Part shown: positions 16,427-20,664 of the stretch, piece by piece | How the letters are laid out: every line of letters begins with the position of its first letter | Position numbering within the stretch: position 1 is the stretch's first letter | Assembly (NCBI GenBank): GCA_945859975.1 | Contig: CAMAPH010000045.1 | Span: 1 to 20,664, forward strand | Source: Chthonomonas calidirosea | Lineage (GTDB): Bacteria; Armatimonadota; Fimbriimonadia; Fimbriimonadales; Fimbriimonadaceae | Direction: 5' to 3' | DNA: 20,664 nucleotides | The notes under the pieces: model-generated | What the model was told of the DNA's origin: nothing | What the model saw: the letters and a program-made list of their open reading frames with translations, nothing else | Database searches by the model: none | Position numbers and translations under genes: made by a program

Positions 16427-17205
16427 GAACGCCATCCTTTGTTGCCGCTTGCTTAGTTGTCGTGGCTGTTGGCATTGGCGGCTGTCAGTCACCGAAACTT
16501 GCAGACCCTAATGATCCGAAAACCGTCGGTGTGATTGCTCCGGATGTCCTGCGGAATTTGCTCAAGGGCGCAGCGACGCAGTTTTACAGCCGGGTTCGCA
16601 CTCGGGAAATCACCGACGCCGAGGCGCAGCAATATCTCACCGAGTACGCAAACGACCTTCTGAAGACTGTCCAGGCTAAAGATGTTCCGGCGGACCGTGC
16701 TTGGGAGTACGCCGAAGTGTTGATGACGGCCAAGCGATGGAAGGATGCGCAGAAGTTCCTAGAACTCGCCGTCAAGAATCCCGATTCCGAAGACCGCCGC
16801 GTGAACGACAACTTGCGGCTTGCTCGCGTACAAGCAACCTTGGGCGATGTCGACGCCGCGGTCAAGTCGGCTCGATCCGTCTTTGACGCCAAGCCGGTGG
16901 ACAAAGCACCGATTCTGACGGCGGTGCTCCTAGAAATCATTCCAGCCGGCGAAGGGAAGAAGAAAGACGCCGAGCTGGCCCTGTTGCTAGAGGAAGCGGT
17001 TTATCAGAGTCGCGACGCGCAGGTTGATCCGAGCACCGAGGCAGGGGCCAAGTACCTTGCCGCCCGACCGTTTCACGTTCGTAACGCTTGGGAAAAGATT
17101 CAGGAGCTCTACGAGCGGGCCGGGAAACCCGAAGAAGGGGTGAAAGCCGCGAAGCGCGGAATGGGCCCGTCCAGATCCGAAACTGGAAACGTTCAGTCGA
17201 TATGA
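16423..17205 (+). CDS. Hypothetical lipoprotein with helical (TPR-like) repeats
   Basis: Lipobox VGIGG-C after a hydrophobic stretch. Helical segments such as AWEYAEVLMTAKRWKDAQKFLELAVK and LRLARVQATLGDVDAAVKSAR. ATGA overlap with pyrC. Confidence 0.75.
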   Translation: MRTPSFVAACLVVVAVGIGGCQSPKLADPNDPKTVGVIAPDVLRNLLKGAATQFYSRVRTREITDAEAQQYLTEYANDLLKTVQAKDVPADRAWEYAEVLMTAKRWKDAQKFLELAVKNPDSEDRRVNDNLRLARVQATLGDVDAAVKSARSVFDAKPVDKAPILTAVLLEIIPAGEGKKKDAELALLLEEAVYQSRDAQVDPSTEAGAKYLAARPFHVRNAWEKIQELYERAGKPEEGVKAAKRGMGPSRSETGNVQSI

Positions 17206-17780
17206 CCTAATCGAACGAGTTCTTCTTGAACTCGCTCGACGGGATATCCGATCACATTTGTACGCAGTCCGACGACTTCTTCCACAAACTCCGTGCCGAG
17301 CCCTTGAAGGCCGTAAGCGCCCGCTTTGTCCATCGGTTCGCCCGTGGCGATGTAGCTCTCGATTTGCTCATCCGTGAGGTGGCGAAACGTCACTTCGCTT
17401 CGCTCAACAAAGGAAAAGTCGCCGTTTGGCCACACGATGGCCACGCCGGTTGCAACGATGTGCGTAGTTCCGGAGAGGGCTTTCAGCATCCGCTTGGCGT
17501 CCTCGGGGCTTGTTGGTTTTCCGTACTGCACATAGCCCAGTTCTTCCTTGACCGCAACCACCGTGTCGCCGCCGAGAACGAGGTGATTTGGATTCTGGGA
17601 GTACACCCACATGGCCTTAGCCAGGGCCAAGTTTTGGGCCGTCACGAACGGATCGGACACCGTCAACGCGTTTTCGTCCAGGTCGGCAGGAATGACCTTA
17701 AAGTCCGGCAAGATCAGCTTAAGTAGGGATTGGCGACGTGGCGATGCGCTTGCGAGGATGACCGGAAGTTCGTAAGACAC
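17193..17780 (-). CDS. maf: Maf-family nucleoside triphosphate pyrophosphatase, YhdE-type (dTTP/UTP)
   Basis: ILASASPRR, GGDTVV, GKP, LSGTTH, GEPMDKAGAYGLQG, TNVIGYP. The R/T/Q residues (SPRR, DTV, LQG) point to the YhdE rather than the YceF subtype. Confidence 0.93.
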   Translation of the reverse strand: MSYELPVILASASPRRQSLLKLILPDFKVIPADLDENALTVSDPFVTAQNLALAKAMWVYSQNPNHLVLGGDTVVAVKEELGYVQYGKPTSPEDAKRMLKALSGTTHIVATGVAIVWPNGDFSFVERSEVTFRHLTDEQIESYIATGEPMDKAGAYGLQGLGTEFVEEVVGLRTNVIGYPVERVQEELVRLGHID

Positions 17781-17893
17781 GCCATATTTTGCCGTTATCT
17801 TGAAGATTTTCTGAAACCCTGACTTTATGGGCCCAGGGGAGAGAAATGACCGAACGTTAAGATTCGTTCACAATTAGAGGAAGGCCATCCTGA

Positions 17894-19006
17894 ATGAGAG
17901 TTCCCTTTTACGATATTAAGGCGCAGTACGACGAACTGAAATCCGAAATGGATCGCGCCACGCTTGAAGTCATCTCGAGCGGCAAGTACATGCTCGGTGC
18001 AAACCACAACGCATTCGAATCCGAGATGGCCGCTCGGCACCGATGTAAACACGGCATCGCTCTAAACTCGGGCACTGACGCACTCCGCATTCTCATGGAC
18101 GCGGTTGGCATCGGACCGGGAGACGAAGTCATCACCACCGCGTTCACCTTTGTTGCCAGCACGGAAACCATCGTCCAGGTCGGCGCAAGACCGGTCTTCG
18201 TTGACATCGAAAAGGATCACTTCATGATCGATGTCGAGAAAATCGAGGCCGCGATCACTCCTCGGACAAAGGCGATTCTGCCCGTCCATTTGTTCGGACA
18301 GTTGGCAAACGTCGCGGAGATTCAGCGGATTGCCGAAAAGTACGAGTTGATCATCATCGAGGACTCGGCTCAGGCGGTTGATTGCACCTACCAGGGAGTT
18401 CAAACCGGCAACTTCGGCATCGGCGCTGGTTTCAGCTTCTATGTCACGAAGAATCTCGGTGCCGCTGGCGACGCGGGCATGATCGTGACCAACGACGACG
18501 AGATTGCCGAAAAGTGCCGCGCCATCCGGATTCATGGCATGGGGCGGGAGCGCTACTATTACGACTACGTTGGCTACACCTCCCGAATGGATGAGGTTCA
18601 AGCGGCCGTGCTCCGGGTTAAGTTGACCCAGCTCGACACCTGGAACAGACGGCGCGCGCAATTGGCGGCGATTTACAACGAGGAACTGCGTGACATCGGG
18701 ATCAAGCTGCCGTTCACCGCAACGGGCAACAACCACACCTGGCACCAATACAGCGTGATCACCGACCGGCGCGATGAGCTTCAGGCGTTTCTGAAGGGTC
18801 AGGAAGTCGATTCGATGATCTACTATCCGGTTCCGCTGCACTACCACGCACCGTACCGACACTTGGCGGAGGGTCATGGTTCTCTGCCGGTTACCGAGGA
18901 TGTCGCTCGCCAAATTTTGAATCTTCCGATTCAGCCGCACCTTTCCGACGAACAAGTTCGACACACCTGCGCGTTGGTGCGGGAGTTCACCACCGTGCGC
19001 GCCTGA
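17894..19006 (+). CDS. DegT/DnrJ/EryC1/StrS-family PLP-dependent sugar aminotransferase
   Basis: NSGTDAL, GPGDEVIT, FTFVAS, PVHLFGQ, IEDSAQA, SFYVTKNLGAAGDAG (PLP lysine), SRMDEVQAA, IYYPVPLH. GAGGA upstream. Confidence 0.96.
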   Translation: MRVPFYDIKAQYDELKSEMDRATLEVISSGKYMLGANHNAFESEMAARHRCKHGIALNSGTDALRILMDAVGIGPGDEVITTAFTFVASTETIVQVGARPVFVDIEKDHFMIDVEKIEAAITPRTKAILPVHLFGQLANVAEIQRIAEKYELIIIEDSAQAVDCTYQGVQTGNFGIGAGFSFYVTKNLGAAGDAGMIVTNDDEIAEKCRAIRIHGMGRERYYYDYVGYTSRMDEVQAAVLRVKLTQLDTWNRRRAQLAAIYNEELRDIGIKLPFTATGNNHTWHQYSVITDRRDELQAFLKGQEVDSMIYYPVPLHYHAPYRHLAEGHGSLPVTEDVARQILNLPIQPHLSDEQVRHTCALVREFTTVRA

Positions 19007-19008
19007 GC

Positions 19009-20031
19009 ATGCACCGGGTCGAGATCTGGGACACCCTAGATTCCGGCTGGAATCGAGAGGAATGGAACGAACTTTGCGCAGAAGATCCTCTGGCTACGGT
19101 TTTCCAGTCTTCAGAATGGCTGCAGGCTTATAAGGAAACGGCGTATTTCAAGTCGCGATGGATAGTCTTGCGGCGGGATAGACAACCTACCTGCGGCGTT
19201 GCGATTGTACGATCGCATTTCACTCTGGGCTTTGCCGGCGGCAGCTTTGCCGATGTGCGCGGCCCGGTTATGCATCCCGGTGCGGAGCAAGACCTGGAAC
19301 TGCTTTACGAGTGGCTGATCTCCAGCCGCATCGCTCCGGTCGATTTTCGAGAGGTTGCAGCCGAGCGTGGGCCAAAGGGTGCAGTCACGTTGCCTGAATC
19401 CGTTCGTTGGCAAATTGACCTTCCGACCACGTTTGAGGAGTATCTTTCCACGCTCGGCAAGAGCTTGCGAGCCGATCTCAAACGGGCAGCGCGGACAGAC
19501 GGTCTGGTGGTCGAGAAGCTTATTGGTCCTGATCGCCTGGAAGGCTTCGAGCAACTTATTCGGTTGCACCAAGCCCGATGGAGGCAACGCTGGATGCCCG
19601 GCTCATTCCATGGACGTGCCCTAAAGTTTCATCGGCGCTTCTTGCAGTCGGCCACCGAAGCGCAAGTGAGCATCTGGAGAGCGCTGGATGCGGAGTCCCA
19701 GAAGCCCGTTGGTTACCTGTACGCGCTGCATCATGGAGACACAACGAGCTATTACCAGGCTGGCATCGATCCCCAACTGACGAAGTGCTCGCCAGGAACT
19801 GCCCTAGTCGCAGCCGTGATTAAGGATGCGATCTCTCGCGGCGATAAAAAATTTGATCTGCTTCGAGGCGAAGAGCCCTACAAGCTCCGCTGGAAACCGC
19901 AACGACGAGTTGAAAATCAGCGTTATCTCTTTGAAGGAGACGGATGGATCAATCAGGGCTCGTTGGCAATGCGGCGCAAACTTGCCCTCTGGGAGCGCGG
20001 AGTCAAGTCCATCCTGGAGCAGAGACGGTGA
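19009..20031 (+). CDS. GNAT-family acyltransferase (CelD/BcsL, Acetyltransf_6-like)
   Basis: ATVFQSSEWL, LPTTFEEYLSTLGKSLRADLKR, LHQARW, YYQAGIDP, SPGTALV, FDLLRGEEPYKLRW. Confidence 0.88.
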   Translation: MHRVEIWDTLDSGWNREEWNELCAEDPLATVFQSSEWLQAYKETAYFKSRWIVLRRDRQPTCGVAIVRSHFTLGFAGGSFADVRGPVMHPGAEQDLELLYEWLISSRIAPVDFREVAAERGPKGAVTLPESVRWQIDLPTTFEEYLSTLGKSLRADLKRAARTDGLVVEKLIGPDRLEGFEQLIRLHQARWRQRWMPGSFHGRALKFHRRFLQSATEAQVSIWRALDAESQKPVGYLYALHHGDTTSYYQAGIDPQLTKCSPGTALVAAVIKDAISRGDKKFDLLRGEEPYKLRWKPQRRVENQRYLFEGDGWINQGSLAMRRKLALWERGVKSILEQRR

Positions 20032-20664
20032 ACTGGGATCGGCGTGTAGCCGTAGTCCTGCCTGCCTATAACGAAGAGCCGCGAATTTCGTTTGTGCTGC
20101 AGGGCGTGTTGTCTTCGAACATTCCAGATGAGGTCATCGTCGTTTGCGATGGTTGCACCGATGGAACTGCAACCATCGCGCGGCGTTTCAGCGGTGTCGC
20201 CGTTCTGGAACTTGAGGCGAACTGCGGCAAGGCCGCCGCGATGATGAAGGCGGTTCAGAGCTCGCAGGCCGATATCTTCTTGTTTCTAGATGCGGATCTG
20301 CTCGGCTTGAGATCGCAGCATGTTCGTGATCTGCTGGAACCCGTACTCGCAGGCGAAGTAGGAATGACGATCGGCATTTTTCACGGCGGGAGGTTTTGGA
20401 GCGACCTTGGCCACAAGATTTCGCCAAACCTAAGCGGGCAGCGGGCAATGACCCGAGAGTTCATTTCTGGACTCGATCACGCGGAAACCCTTGGCATGGG
20501 TGTCGAGATCGCCCTGAACCAGATGGCGAATCGTGCCGGAATCGTTGTCCGCCGGGTGACCATGGTGGGCGTTTCGAACTTTCACAAGGAAGCTAAGCTC
20601 GGACTCCTGCGAGGTCTTGGTGCCCGCGCCCGGATGTATCGCGAGGTAGGGCGGTCTTGGCTAA
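20028..20664 (+). CDS. GT-A glycosyltransferase (GT2 / glucosyl-3-phosphoglycerate synthase-like), runs off the right edge
   Basis: Not in the ORF track. Manual translation from GTG 20028 (GTGA overlap): MNWDRRVAVVLPAYNEEPRI...VIVVCDGCTDGT...NCGKAAAM...FLFLDADL...LSGQRAM...GVEIAL...HKEAKLG...ARARMYREV. No stop before the edge. Confidence 0.9.
   Translation, partial: MNWDRRVAVVLPAYNEEPRISFVLQGVLSSNIPDEVIVVCDGCTDGTATIARRFSGVAVLELEANCGKAAAMMKAVQSSQADIFLFLDADLLGLRSQHVRDLLEPVLAGEVGMTIGIFHGGRFWSDLGHKISPNLSGQRAMTREFISGLDHAETLGMGVEIALNQMANRAGIVVRRVTMVGVSNFHKEAKLGLLRGLGARARMYREVGRSWL

Noticed and set aside
17852..17869. GAAC...GTTC as a LexA (Cheo) box
   Set aside because: The spacer is 10 nt rather than 4, and the flanking genes are not SOS genes.
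18062..18964. 300-aa minus-strand ORF
   Set aside because: Antisense shadow of the well-supported DegT aminotransferase, typical of GC-rich coding DNA.
20188..20596. Two short ORFs at the right edge
   Set aside because: They overlap the truncated glycosyltransferase starting at 20028.
1..20664. CRISPR array, RNA genes, mobile elements, defence or toxin-antitoxin systems
   Set aside because: All intergenic gaps are under about 150 bp, no long repeats are visible, and every long ORF is explained by a housekeeping or envelope family.

Overview
Densely packed bacterial chromosomal window of moderately high GC content, mostly core and envelope genes. I found no rRNA, tRNA, CRISPR array, transposase, integrase or phage gene. 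Left to right: 5' part of glyS (-); an ABC transporter of the putative Trp/Tyr-type family (+); a secreted protein made of three NBR1-FW/Ig-like repeats (-); a coupled yebC-rhomboid(+helical tail)-DUF374 acyltransferase run (-); a ring-cleaving dioxygenase plus carboxylesterase pair of MhqO/MhqD type (-); an M42 peptidase (+); pterin-4a-carbinolamine dehydratase (-); an NfsA/NfrA-type nitroreductase (+); a secreted protein with two PrcB_C-like domains (-); an acyltransferase-3 (+); a PEP-CTERM protein (-); pyrR-pyrB-pyrC plus a helical-repeat lipoprotein (+); maf (-); and DegT aminotransferase-GNAT-GT2 (+, truncated at the right edge). PEP-CTERM and NBR1-Ig proteins suggest a diderm environmental bacterium, possibly Armatimonadota (inference only). 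I see no clearly new multi-gene system. The strongest oddities are in the pyr cluster: the PyrC homologue keeps the alpha-metal and substrate residues but has a beta-metal His replaced by Arg and the bridging Asp by Glu, and PyrR has a degenerate PRPP motif, altered RNA-binding residues and no room for an attenuator leader. Many unit-initial genes also have a -10-like hexamer 5-11 nt before the start codon, suggesting widespread leaderless or near-leaderless transcription.
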